The translations under genes were made by a program, and so were the position numbers. This document shows positions 18,671 to 28,092 of a stretch of DNA of 64,000 nt, piece after piece. The notes under the pieces are model-generated. The model was not told the DNA's origin. It was given only the letters and a program-made list of their open reading frames with translations, and did no database searches. Within the stretch, counting starts at the first letter, position 1, and each line of letters starts with the position of its first letter. Source of the DNA: Opitutaceae bacterium. GTDB lineage: Bacteria; Verrucomicrobiota; Verrucomicrobiia; Opitutales; Coraliomargaritaceae. The stretch is taken from contig JBPOFY010000002.1 of assembly GCA_051252375.1 (NCBI GenBank), positions 1-64,000 on the forward strand. Direction: 5' to 3'.

Positions 18671-21562
18671 CTAGCGATGGTCTGTCAGAGTGGCTTCCCA
18701 TGCGAGGACCTGGGCTTTCAAGTCGGCTTCGATAGTATCGTATGCCGCATCGCTGGCTAGGTCTGTGGATTCTGTCGGATCATCAACTATATTGAATAGC
18801 ATCGTGCCGCCCCCGGTAATTCCCGTGAACAACTTATAGTCACCGTCGCGAATAGCCAACCGAGGTGGCGCCCAACCGATCGGGCTGCCATTCGTCTGGT
18901 GCTTACCAACACCATTAATGTATTCCCACATAATGGGCTTTGTGCGCTCACTAGTGGTGCCGCGCAGGATTTCGCTGACGTCCTCGCCAGACTGCGGTAT
19001 GGCAGGCATATCAATTCCAGCCAGAGAAAGCACTGTAGGGAACCAGTCTGCAGCCGACCAAACCGACTCAGTGTCGACCTTACCCATAGGAACTTGCTCA
19101 GGCCAACGGACGATACAAGGCACACGCACACCGCCCTCAAAGAGCGAACGTTTACGAGCACGGAAGGGACCAGGAGAACCCATCCCTGGGTTTCCGTCGA
19201 TCGGCAATAAATAATCCTCGGGACCATTGTCGCTGGTGAACAAAATTATGGTATTACCCGCCAACCCCAGTTCCTCGAGCGAGTCGAGTAGAATACCCAG
19301 AGCCTCGTCGATGGGCGAGACGGAGGCGCAATACTCCCGCATCTCTGCGGCCATGTTGGCTCCTCTGCTATTCATGTAGGCAAAGAGACCAGGTGCATTA
19401 TTGAAATCGGAGGCCTGAACTGCACCCGGTAGCAAGAGGTGGTCATACTGCGCCAACTGAGCATCGGTGGGATTCAGAACCGTGTGTGGCAGGTGCGTCC
19501 ATACATTAATGTAAAACGGCTCGTCGCGATGCTCTTCCATGAATCGTGCCGCCTCATGCGCCATGGCATGGGTGGAGAGATTTACGTAATGCTCGCTGGC
19601 ATATGTCGGATCAAACTGATCGAAATAATCTGAGGATCTGAGATTGGTTCCAGTCGAAGGGGCCGTCCGTGAGTGATCGATCCCGTATGCCTCTGGTGCT
19701 GGAGATCCGGGTGCGGCTCCAAGGTGCCACTTGCCGTAGTGCGCAGTCGCATAACCGTTGGCCTGTAGCACCTCTGTTATGGTGGTAAAAGAAAGCGGCA
19801 AATAGTCCTGCTGTTTATTGGTAGTATTGTAACTGGGATCGACACTCAAAGCCGTGTGGATATCTAGTTCCGCGGGATAGCGACCAGTCATGAACCCTGC
19901 GCGTGTGGGCGAACACACCGGACTGCTCGCGTAGAACTGGTCAAAGACGGTCCCCTGTTGGGCCATACGATCTAGATTCGGCGTGATAAGATAGGGGTGG
20001 TCCTTAAAGGCCAAATCACCCCAGCCTAGGTCATCCGTCAGAAACAGAATAATGTTGGGCGGACGATTGGTGGGAGTCGTTTCGGTCACTTCGACCTTGG
20101 CACGGATAAAGCCAGCCGTCGCCGAGCCCAAGTCGTGAGTCAACTGTTGCCCTGCCCCAGTAATGTCGGTCTTGCCCGCCACATCGTCAAAAGCTGTGGC
20201 GAGGTCGTCGGTCGCTTGCAGTGTGTAAGATCGATAGTATCCGTCGGTGGAATCGCGCACGTCCACAGCCACCGTGTCCACGGATGCCTCGAACGATCCA
20301 TTGGTCGTGAGCGCCACCTCTAAGCGGCTGTCGGGATCCATCGCATCCACGCCTGCATGATATTCCTCCCAAGTCGCCAAGCCGTCCGCATCTTGATCGG
20401 CTGCAGTTTCCTCGAGCAGGTTGTCCATCCAAGTTGGACTGTTCTCGACGATCCACCAATCGGGCACGTTCCAGAAGTTGCGGTTGTGAGCAAAAGTCAC
20501 TCCCACCGTCATGTTGGCAGTGACGGGAGGCGTCGTTACGGTCGACGAGAAGTTGACAGGGTTAAGGTCAACGAGAACTTGCTCAGTGTGATAGTAATCG
20601 TCTGCGTCCAGAGTGAGTTCTAGTGTTTCACCCGAAAGAACCTGCACGCCGCCGGTAGGCGAAACGCTGCCGTTGGCCCCGGATGAAACTGTAACCGTAT
20701 AAAAGACATCAGGAACAAAAGTCACCTCCACCGTCATATCACTGGTGACGGCGGGCGTCGTCACGGTCGACGAGAAGCTAACCGGGCTGCCGTTGATGAG
20801 CACCTGATCTGTGTGGTGGTCTACGTCTGGAGTCAGCGTGATTTCCAAGCTATCTCCTGTAACGACCGGCACAACACCAGACGGCGAAACGCTGCCGTTG
20901 CCTACAGTCGTGATCGTGACAGTCTGATTGTAGGCAAGAAACGGCTGGTCAATGGTGGCATCGGCCGATGCGATAACGTAGCCGTTATCCACGTCAAATT
21001 TCGCGGAACTGACGGCCGCACTAATCCGCAGAAACACATACTGACCGATATTAGTGCCCCCGTCATATTGAGTATTCAGCCAAGCCGCGATGTCGCTTGA
21101 GGCAACTGGACCAACCGACGTGGACGACGTCAAAATCGAGTCCTGCAGCTTAGTCGCATCCAATGAAGGATCATCGGCGATGCCCATATAGAAATCGGCA
21201 TCAAGCACTGTGGCAGCCGCTCGCGCATCAAGACCATAGAGATCAGCACTATAAGTAGCATCGCTGCTGTTGAGATTGATCGTCAGAGAGCTAGTTACGA
21301 ACGGATCAGCAACAAGTCCAAGATCGGGCAGCTGGAATGGGATAACAACAGTCACATTTCTGCCATTCCCATTCGTTGCGCGGCCAGCCCTCATCTCAGT
21401 AACAGCCACCTGAGTCGTGTAAGTGCCACCCTGGTCTCCAGCATCTGCTGAAAGTATCTGAGCGTCAGTCGTGGAGGCAGTGATCGTCCCTGCGACCGCC
21501 TGAGACGACAGGAAGGATAGCAGAACAACAAGGAAAGTATGAAAAGTGATGCTTTGTTTCAT
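18671..21562 (-). CDS. Multimodular secreted sulfatase (N-terminal unknown domain + 2 beta-sandwich repeats + DxDxDG module + S1 sulfatase)
   Basis: Signal peptide; repeats NGSVSP.G...LTLD.D..YH..QVL; DQDADGLATWEE; C-terminal PPNIILFLTDDLG, CSPTR, GKWHLG, TSDNG. Confidence 0.92.
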   Translation of the reverse strand: MKQSITFHTFLVVLLSFLSSQAVAGTITASTTDAQILSADAGDQGGTYTTQVAVTEMRAGRATNGNGRNVTVVIPFQLPDLGLVADPFVTSSLTINLNSSDATYSADLYGLDARAAATVLDADFYMGIADDPSLDATKLQDSILTSSTSVGPVASSDIAAWLNTQYDGGTNIGQYVFLRISAAVSSAKFDVDNGYVIASADATIDQPFLAYNQTVTITTVGNGSVSPSGVVPVVTGDSLEITLTPDVDHHTDQVLINGSPVSFSSTVTTPAVTSDMTVEVTFVPDVFYTVTVSSGANGSVSPTGGVQVLSGETLELTLDADDYYHTEQVLVDLNPVNFSSTVTTPPVTANMTVGVTFAHNRNFWNVPDWWIVENSPTWMDNLLEETAADQDADGLATWEEYHAGVDAMDPDSRLEVALTTNGSFEASVDTVAVDVRDSTDGYYRSYTLQATDDLATAFDDVAGKTDITGAGQQLTHDLGSATAGFIRAKVEVTETTPTNRPPNIILFLTDDLGWGDLAFKDHPYLITPNLDRMAQQGTVFDQFYASSPVCSPTRAGFMTGRYPAELDIHTALSVDPSYNTTNKQQDYLPLSFTTITEVLQANGYATAHYGKWHLGAAPGSPAPEAYGIDHSRTAPSTGTNLRSSDYFDQFDPTYASEHYVNLSTHAMAHEAARFMEEHRDEPFYINVWTHLPHTVLNPTDAQLAQYDHLLLPGAVQASDFNNAPGLFAYMNSRGANMAAEMREYCASVSPIDEALGILLDSLEELGLAGNTIILFTSDNGPEDYLLPIDGNPGMGSPGPFRARKRSLFEGGVRVPCIVRWPEQVPMGKVDTESVWSAADWFPTVLSLAGIDMPAIPQSGEDVSEILRGTTSERTKPIMWEYINGVGKHQTNGSPIGWAPPRLAIRDGDYKLFTGITGGGTMLFNIVDDPTESTDLASDAAYDTIEADLKAQVLAWEATLTDHR

Positions 21563-21676
21563 CTAGTTTTGTAGGAGATCTAAGTAATTTTGGAAAAAGA
21601 AGGAGGCTCAAGCAGCGACTGTTCAATTACGGATTCGACCGAGCAATTCGGATATCTCTATTTGATAATTATGGCT

Positions 21677-21713
21677 AAAAAAATCCCCAAGCCCCGACGG
21701 GAACTTGGGGATT
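21677..21713 (-). terminator. Intrinsic terminator after PEP-CTERM gene
   Basis: AAAAAAATCCCCAAG..CTTGGGGATT. Confidence 0.8.
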
Positions 21714-21733
21714 CAAAAAAATGAAACCTCAGA

Positions 21734-22444
21734 TTAAGCTTCGCGACGACGAACCATCACGTAGCACATACCAAAGAGACCGGAAATCAGAGCGAAAGCG
21801 CCTGGCTCAGGGACTGCGGTGTAGGAAAGGAACGGAGTGTTACTTCCAGCATCGGCCGATGTGATAGTAAATCCAGCGTCAGTGTCAAAAATGTTGGAGT
21901 TACTGTTGGCGGCACTTAAACGTAGAAATACATAACTTCCGATATTATTTCCACCGTCATACTGTGTATTCAGCCAAGAAGTTAGGTCTACAGATGTCTG
22001 CGAACCAGTCGCTGCCGAGGCCAATATACCCTGTTGAAGCCGATCTACATCCGATGAGCCATCCAGAGCTGAGCCGAAATAAAAATCAGAAGTCAGCACA
22101 GTGGCAGCCCCTCGCGCATCAATGCCGTAGAGATCAGCTCCGAACGAATTAGTGGTGCTGGCGACATTAAAAGTCAGAGTGCCAGTTCCAAAAGTATTAC
22201 CAACTCCAAGATCGGGAAGCTGGAATACAAATATAGCTGCCGCGTTTCTGCCATTGCCAGCACTCGTGCGCCCGACTGCCATCGGTTCAGCCCCAGCTTG
22301 CGTGAAGAAGTTGGGAGCAGAACCCTGATCTCCTGCCCCTCCTGAAACGATCTGCGCGTCAGCGGTCTCGCCATTGATGATCAATGCGTTTGCTGTCCCC
22401 GCTATCAGTAGGCTGGCACTTAAAGTAAGAATTGTTTTTTTCAT
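21734..22444 (-). CDS. PEP-CTERM sorting domain protein
   Basis: Signal peptide MKKTILTLSASLLIAGTANA; C-terminal VPEP + TM + RRR. Confidence 0.93.
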   Translation of the reverse strand: MKKTILTLSASLLIAGTANALIINGETADAQIVSGGAGDQGSAPNFFTQAGAEPMAVGRTSAGNGRNAAAIFVFQLPDLGVGNTFGTGTLTFNVASTTNSFGADLYGIDARGAATVLTSDFYFGSALDGSSDVDRLQQGILASAATGSQTSVDLTSWLNTQYDGGNNIGSYVFLRLSAANSNSNIFDTDAGFTITSADAGSNTPFLSYTAVPEPGAFALISGLFGMCYVMVRRREA

Positions 22445-22516
22445 GACGAGTAGATGTATCTGGAGAATTTTGTGGGTTCTGATCAACAGATTACCACAGG
22501 AGCCACCGCCTGATAA

Positions 22517-22532
22517 CTATCCGTTTAGATAG
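22517..22532. promoter_or_regulatory. Palindromic candidate response-regulator binding site
   Basis: CTATC-CGTTTA-GATAG in the divergent intergenic region between the PEP-CTERM gene and the sensor kinase. Confidence 0.45.
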
Positions 22533-22630
22533 GTTTGGTCATTTTTACTGCTTCTAAATTCGTCCACATTTTGATGCTGCGATTGCCAAGGGAGACATTT
22601 TACGATGATCTATCCTCATAAGTCAGTCGA

Positions 22631-24625
22631 ATGCCCGATTCTACACTCCATATCTTACGAAGCACTCACATCGTGTTTTGGATGCTTCTGCTCCAGCTTT
22701 GCTCCGCCAACTGTCTTGCCAATGCAAACCATTCTACGGAGATCCAGCGACAATCGCTGAATCAGCTCGAAGAACGACTCGCTGAGATTGACACACGGCT
22801 CAACTCACTTGCTCAATTTAGCTTGCGAACAGGTGAAGGGACCATCGGCTACCGCTCAAACTCGCGCCTGTATGCGAGTGCGGCCGAGTGGATCGAAGTG
22901 GACTTAGAACAAGAATACCTAATCGATCAAATTGTTCTCGTTCCAGTGACATTACGTGATTTTCAAAAAGGCTATATTTCGGATGCCTTTCCACAGAAGT
23001 TTCGATTATTGGCTGGCGTGGAAGGCGATTCGACTGGAAGTATTATCGCAGAATACGATGCAACGAGTTCTGCTACAATTGACATCGGGATTGCCCCAAT
23101 AATTATTCCCATCCAACCCACGCGCGCATCATGGGTTCGCCTTGAAACAAGCCAGTTGTCTGCGAGGGCATTTGATGAGCGTTACGTGCTCGAGTTATCC
23201 GAATTGCTCATTTTTAGCGGCGATACAAATGTCGCGCTACATAAACCAGTCCAATCACCGCCCCACATACATCCACAGCAAAAGCGACTTTCTTCGTCAT
23301 GGTCGAAGTCCTATCTAGTCGATGGCAGCTTACCTTACGAAATGAACTCCTCCAGCGGGGAAACAAGTATCGGTTATCTGAGCCGCCCAATCGTTAAAAG
23401 CAACACAGCTGTCTTGAAAGTGGACCTAGAAGCGCCCTACCCCATATCCGGGGTGAACTTGCACACGATAGACGGGGGCGATACAGTCCCACACAGTAAT
23501 ACAGATGGCGTCGGCACACCACACAACTTCACCGTAGAGGGTGCCAATCTCAGCGACTTCTCTGATGCCAAAATACTCATCAATTATACAAAGAGCCCCC
23601 TATCAATCGATGCCCCAATCATGATGTGGAATATCCCAGACACAAACTGTCGATATATTCGGATCATCACACCCCACGAAGACAACCAGTCGGATGGCTA
23701 CCAAATTGGCTTTGCTGAAATAGAACTAATCGCCAGTGGCAAAAATGTCGCCCTAGGGAAATCATTCACTTCCAACAATACACTGACACCAGCGTCGAAC
23801 ACGCGAACACTAGGCGCCCTCACCGATGGGAAAAATCGCTTCGGAAATATTTTATCGACACGTGATTGGCTTGAGCAACTAGCAGAAAGACACGAATTGG
23901 AAACCGAGCGCCCTTTAATACTCGCTGAGCTCGGACAACGCTACGCCAAACAAAAGTCGATCTTAGAAATCATGACTTGGTTGCTCGTCGCAGCTGGAGT
24001 GGTTATCTGCATGATGATTCTGGTCAGTCGTAATGCCCGCGTAAAGCAAGCGGCACAAATCAAGGAACGCTTTGCTGCGGATCTCCACGACGAACTGGGC
24101 GCTGACTTGCACACGCTCAGATTACTCAGTGAGCTGGCAAGAAACTCAATTGATTCCCATGATGAACTCATCGAGCTACTTGATGAAATGCAGGTGATGA
24201 GCGAACGAAGCGGCAAGGCGGCTCGTTACTGCACAAACATGCTCGAAGCTGAAGAATTGTGCGAAGACTTAAAGGACGAGATCGAAAGAATGAGCCGGCG
24301 TTTGTTATCAGATATCGAATACGAATTAAGAATCACAGGAGAAGCTGAACTCAGATCACTACGCACTCAAAGGCGCATCGACCTCTATTTATTTTGTAAA
24401 GAGTCGCTCGTTAATATCATCCGCCACTCAAAAGCCACACAAGTAGTCATCGATATTTCTGTATCCAAAAGCATGGTGCAGTTTATAATCAAAGATAACG
24501 GCATCGGAACAAAACAAACCGCACCCTCGCTTGCACGCCGCGCCAGACTGTTAAAAGCTAAGATTGAGACAGCAACTCCCGATGACGGCGGCACATCAAC
24601 CACGCTCACTCTAAAGAGAACCTAA
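22631..24625 (+). CDS. Sensor histidine kinase (HisKA_3 type) with two periplasmic discoidin/F5-8C-like domains
   Basis: EWIEVDL, NVALHKPV, LVDG, NVALGK, LTDG discoidin motifs; TM; ERFAADLHDELG H-box; NIIRHS, DNGIG. Confidence 0.88.
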   Translation: MPDSTLHILRSTHIVFWMLLLQLCSANCLANANHSTEIQRQSLNQLEERLAEIDTRLNSLAQFSLRTGEGTIGYRSNSRLYASAAEWIEVDLEQEYLIDQIVLVPVTLRDFQKGYISDAFPQKFRLLAGVEGDSTGSIIAEYDATSSATIDIGIAPIIIPIQPTRASWVRLETSQLSARAFDERYVLELSELLIFSGDTNVALHKPVQSPPHIHPQQKRLSSSWSKSYLVDGSLPYEMNSSSGETSIGYLSRPIVKSNTAVLKVDLEAPYPISGVNLHTIDGGDTVPHSNTDGVGTPHNFTVEGANLSDFSDAKILINYTKSPLSIDAPIMMWNIPDTNCRYIRIITPHEDNQSDGYQIGFAEIELIASGKNVALGKSFTSNNTLTPASNTRTLGALTDGKNRFGNILSTRDWLEQLAERHELETERPLILAELGQRYAKQKSILEIMTWLLVAAGVVICMMILVSRNARVKQAAQIKERFAADLHDELGADLHTLRLLSELARNSIDSHDELIELLDEMQVMSERSGKAARYCTNMLEAEELCEDLKDEIERMSRRLLSDIEYELRITGEAELRSLRTQRRIDLYLFCKESLVNIIRHSKATQVVIDISVSKSMVQFIIKDNGIGTKQTAPSLARRARLLKAKIETATPDDGGTSTTLTLKRT

Positions 24626-24639
24626 ACCTGCGATCTAAT

Positions 24640-25287
24640 ATGAACGAAGTCACTATAACCATTATTGAGGATCATCTCGCCTTTAGGAACGTAGTCGAAC
24701 GAACTTTGAAAGCAGTTCCTAATCTAACGATTCTCAGTAGTTATGGCACTGCAGAAATCGCGCTACGTGACCTAGAAGATCGAAAGACTAAGAGCCCTGA
24801 CATTATACTACTCGACCTCAGTCTACCCGGAATGTCCGGACTTGAGGCCATACCATGGATTAAGGAATATACTCCCACAGCTAAGATTATCATCCTCTCC
24901 CAATCGGACAACGAAGCAGATGTCGTCGATGCGATTTCAAGGGGAGCGACTGGCTACCTACTGAAGTCGGCCAAGGCTGCAGAAATCATCGCCGCCATCC
25001 AAACGGTTGCGGACGGTGGCGCATTATTGGACCCAGGAGTCGCTCGCTATATTATAGATCGCATCAAGAATGAGAGGAAACAAGAGACAGACACGAACCC
25101 TCTCTCCGAAAGAGAACTGGAAGTGCTCAAATTACTCTCTGAAGGAATGCTAAAAAAGGAAATTTCAGAGACCTTAAATGTCAGCGTGCCTACTATCGCA
25201 TTTCACGTGAAGAATGTATTCCAAAAACTTAACGTGAGCAATGCACCAGCAGCCGTGGGCAAGGCCTACAAAAAAGGCATCCTATAA
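24640..25287 (+). CDS. NarL/LuxR family response regulator
   Basis: IIEDH, LLDLSLPGMSG, GYLLK receiver; LSERELEVL..KEISETL HTH. Confidence 0.95.
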   Translation: MNEVTITIIEDHLAFRNVVERTLKAVPNLTILSSYGTAEIALRDLEDRKTKSPDIILLDLSLPGMSGLEAIPWIKEYTPTAKIIILSQSDNEADVVDAISRGATGYLLKSAKAAEIIAAIQTVADGGALLDPGVARYIIDRIKNERKQETDTNPLSERELEVLKLLSEGMLKKEISETLNVSVPTIAFHVKNVFQKLNVSNAPAAVGKAYKKGIL

Positions 25288-25291
25288 GCAG

Positions 25292-26836
25292 TTAATTTTT
25301 CAGCGATGAACTAGGCGGTAACGGCACGGCATTTGCCTTTCTCCACGCCACTAATTCAGACAGTAAGCTTTGCGCCATCTCGGGATGGCTCTTGGCGAGG
25401 TCTTTACTCTCTTTTAGGTCATTCTTCGTATTGTAGAGCTCTATGTTTCCATTTTTCAGATACTGGATCAACTTCCACTCACCTTTGCGAATAATGGAAC
25501 ATGGGGGGTCTTTATAAGTGCTCGCAACATGCCAGAAGATCGGGCGGTCTTCGAGTATCTTGCCTTGCATAAGTGGCACCAGACTATCGCCATCGAGCGT
25601 GCCGGTGTAGTCTGTGATGCCCGCGAGTTCGATAAAAGTAGGAAACAGGTCGAGCCCCTGAACGGCAGTATCTACCTTCCCTGGCGACACATGCTGCGAC
25701 CAATTGATCAATGCCGGCACACGGAGTCCACCGTCGTAAACATTGCCCTTCGCACCACGAAGGTTCTTGTTGCTGCTTTGCAGCCCGTTAAACCCGTTAT
25801 CAGAGGTGAACACGATGACCGTATTTTCCCGCAACCCAGCACCGTCCAAATAGTCGAGGATACGCTTCACGTTATCGTCGATCGACTTGATCATAGTGGC
25901 ATAGTCCGCGACCTCTTTTTTCTTTTTAGCAGGACCCATCCCTTGCCCAGTTGAAGGGTCACCCTTCTTATTCATAAAGTGCGCCTGTAACTCTTCGCTA
26001 CGCGGAATCGATGGTCGGTGCGGTGCATAGTAATGCAGGTTCACAAAGAAAGGCGCGCCCTGATGGCGCTCCATGAAATCGATCGCATCATCGGTCAAAC
26101 GGTCGGTTAACCAATCGTCATTCGCTTTGTCTTCGATGAAGGGATTCTTGAAGGGAGCGACATAACCACCGCCGGGTGCGCCGTAGCCTTTTTGATATCC
26201 TCGTGCCGGGTCCCCCCACCATGTGCCGCCAACATTCTCGTCGAAGCCGCGACCGATGGGATAGTATTTTTGAATCTCCGGCGTTTGATGCGCAGCCAGC
26301 CAGCTCAGGTTGCCGTTGTTCGGCTGGGCTAGCTTCTTCTCAGGAAGTAAACTAGTTTCGCTTTCAGGGTGTGGTCCAACAATGTGCCATTTCCCGAGGT
26401 GAATCAGTTTATAGCCCGCCTCCTTAAGTGGTTGCGAGAAAACCGCGTGTTCTTCGCCAACTGTCCACTTAGAGAAAATATTATCTTTAGAACTACCCTT
26501 CTCCAATACAGGCACTGTGTAGCAACCAGTGCGGAAGGACTGCTGCCCAGTCAAGATAGCCGCCCGCGATGGCGAGCAGGTCGGATACATAAATGTGTTT
26601 TCCAGAACCAAGCTTTCCTCTGCTAACGCATCCAGATTGGGTGTTTCGAAATACTTGCTACCCATGAAACCCACATCCTGCCAACCAAGGTCATCAGCGA
26701 GGATGAAGATGATGTTTGGCTTGCTCGCGGTGGCTTGGCTAACAGCCGAAGAAGACGTCTGCTGAGCCCATAGAGTGGAAAAGGCGCCTAGCAAGAAAGA
26801 CGCTGCTATAGCCTGACGAAGGATTCGTATACGCAT
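25292..26836 (-). CDS. Sulfatase (S1 family, Cys-type)
   Basis: KPNIIFILADDLG, CSPSRAAILTG, GKWH, TSDNG; signal peptide. Confidence 0.95.
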   Translation of the reverse strand: MRIRILRQAIAASFLLGAFSTLWAQQTSSSAVSQATASKPNIIFILADDLGWQDVGFMGSKYFETPNLDALAEESLVLENTFMYPTCSPSRAAILTGQQSFRTGCYTVPVLEKGSSKDNIFSKWTVGEEHAVFSQPLKEAGYKLIHLGKWHIVGPHPESETSLLPEKKLAQPNNGNLSWLAAHQTPEIQKYYPIGRGFDENVGGTWWGDPARGYQKGYGAPGGGYVAPFKNPFIEDKANDDWLTDRLTDDAIDFMERHQGAPFFVNLHYYAPHRPSIPRSEELQAHFMNKKGDPSTGQGMGPAKKKKEVADYATMIKSIDDNVKRILDYLDGAGLRENTVIVFTSDNGFNGLQSSNKNLRGAKGNVYDGGLRVPALINWSQHVSPGKVDTAVQGLDLFPTFIELAGITDYTGTLDGDSLVPLMQGKILEDRPIFWHVASTYKDPPCSIIRKGEWKLIQYLKNGNIELYNTKNDLKESKDLAKSHPEMAQSLLSELVAWRKANAVPLPPSSSLKN

Positions 26837-26893
26837 GTTTTAGATTAACATTTTACAAAGAAATATACTATCACGTAAAGAAGGTATCGGCGC

Positions 26894-26929
26894 AAAAAAT
26901 CCCCAAGCTCCGGCAGGAACTTGAGGATT
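26894..26929 (-). terminator. Intrinsic terminator after second PEP-CTERM gene
   Basis: AAAAAATCCCCAAG..CTTGAGGATT, near-copy of 21677-21713. Confidence 0.75.
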
Positions 26930-26956
26930 CGGAAATTATATTTTGGTGAAAGCCAA

Positions 26957-27844
26957 TTATGCCCGACGGCGAACCATCACATAACTTAGCCCTAGTAGAC
27001 CGGCAAGGAGGGCTGCGACACTCGGCTCAGGCACCGCGACGATTTGGAAGCCACTAATGGCACCACGACCACCGTCATCAGAAAATATATCAATAGTAAA
27101 GCTATCAGCAGTCAGACCAGAGACAATTGTGTAGTTTGAATAGTCTGCACCCGTCTCAGAATTATCGCTCAAGATGTAGGTGCCGTCAAAAATATTCACT
27201 GTGGCTGCTGGATCGTCATCTTCAACGAAAACGGTAGTGCCCAAACCACCACCTGGAGTAACGAGAAATTCACTACGACGCGAATTGCTACTAGTATTGC
27301 GGCGGTCAGAGTCTGAATAGATGATCACATAATACCCATTCGTAGTAAAATCGGTGCCCAAACCAGTGATGCTAAGTTGAAAGTTATCGAGAGGATTCCC
27401 GTCGCCCTGAGGGTTATTCAATGCCAGATAGGAGTTAAACAGGTCGTCATGATTGGTTCCTGCCAGACCAAGTTCCCCTTCAGCGGATGCCTGAGATGCA
27501 GCGTAGCCTACAAACCAACTGCTAGAAGCACCTGTGGTCAGCGTCGAACCTAGGGTGGCAGCAGAAGTATCTCCATTATCGTCACTTAACGTAGTGTCAG
27601 CGAATATCGTAGCCCCCGAATTAGTAGCACCATCCCCAACATTGATGTTGTTCCAAGTCGTATTACCATCAAGACCCGCGGCCTCCGTGCCAGTAATCTC
27701 GTGGTCGGCCTGGGCATCGGTATCATTACCAACATGGAAGTTCACGCTGATCGACTGAGCTGAGGCAAAGCTTGAGAAAGCAATCGCCGCTGCGCCTAGG
27801 AGTGCAGTCGGGTAGATAGATTGTTTTGGGAGATATAATTTCAT
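26957..27844 (-). CDS. PEP-CTERM sorting domain protein
   Basis: Signal peptide; C-terminal ISGFQIVAVPEPS + TM + RRRA. Confidence 0.93.
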   Translation of the reverse strand: MKLYLPKQSIYPTALLGAAAIAFSSFASAQSISVNFHVGNDTDAQADHEITGTEAAGLDGNTTWNNINVGDGATNSGATIFADTTLSDDNGDTSAATLGSTLTTGASSSWFVGYAASQASAEGELGLAGTNHDDLFNSYLALNNPQGDGNPLDNFQLSITGLGTDFTTNGYYVIIYSDSDRRNTSSNSRRSEFLVTPGGGLGTTVFVEDDDPAATVNIFDGTYILSDNSETGADYSNYTIVSGLTADSFTIDIFSDDGGRGAISGFQIVAVPEPSVAALLAGLLGLSYVMVRRRA

Positions 27845-27917
27845 GGTAATAATTGCGTGTATACTCAGTTAACCTGATGAACACGGAAAAATAGGCATCT
27901 CCTACCTCTAGCTCAAG

Positions 27918-27954
27918 CTATATATGTTGTAGTTCCGGCTACAACATATTGTAG
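27918..27954. promoter_or_regulatory. Paired palindromic sites upstream of PEP-CTERM gene
   Basis: CTATATATGTTGTAG and CTACAACATATTGTAG, which also form an inverted repeat with each other. Confidence 0.45.
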
Positions 27955-28092
27955 CCCCTTTGGGTGCCTTCAGCTTACAGGATTGGCATTCAATTGCTTA
28001 AAGACAGCCAATTACTTTGCAGGACGGATCCACATACAATGTCCACCGCCTGGAGCGATGTGAGCCGAAATCGTTGCCTAAAGAAGCGACCT

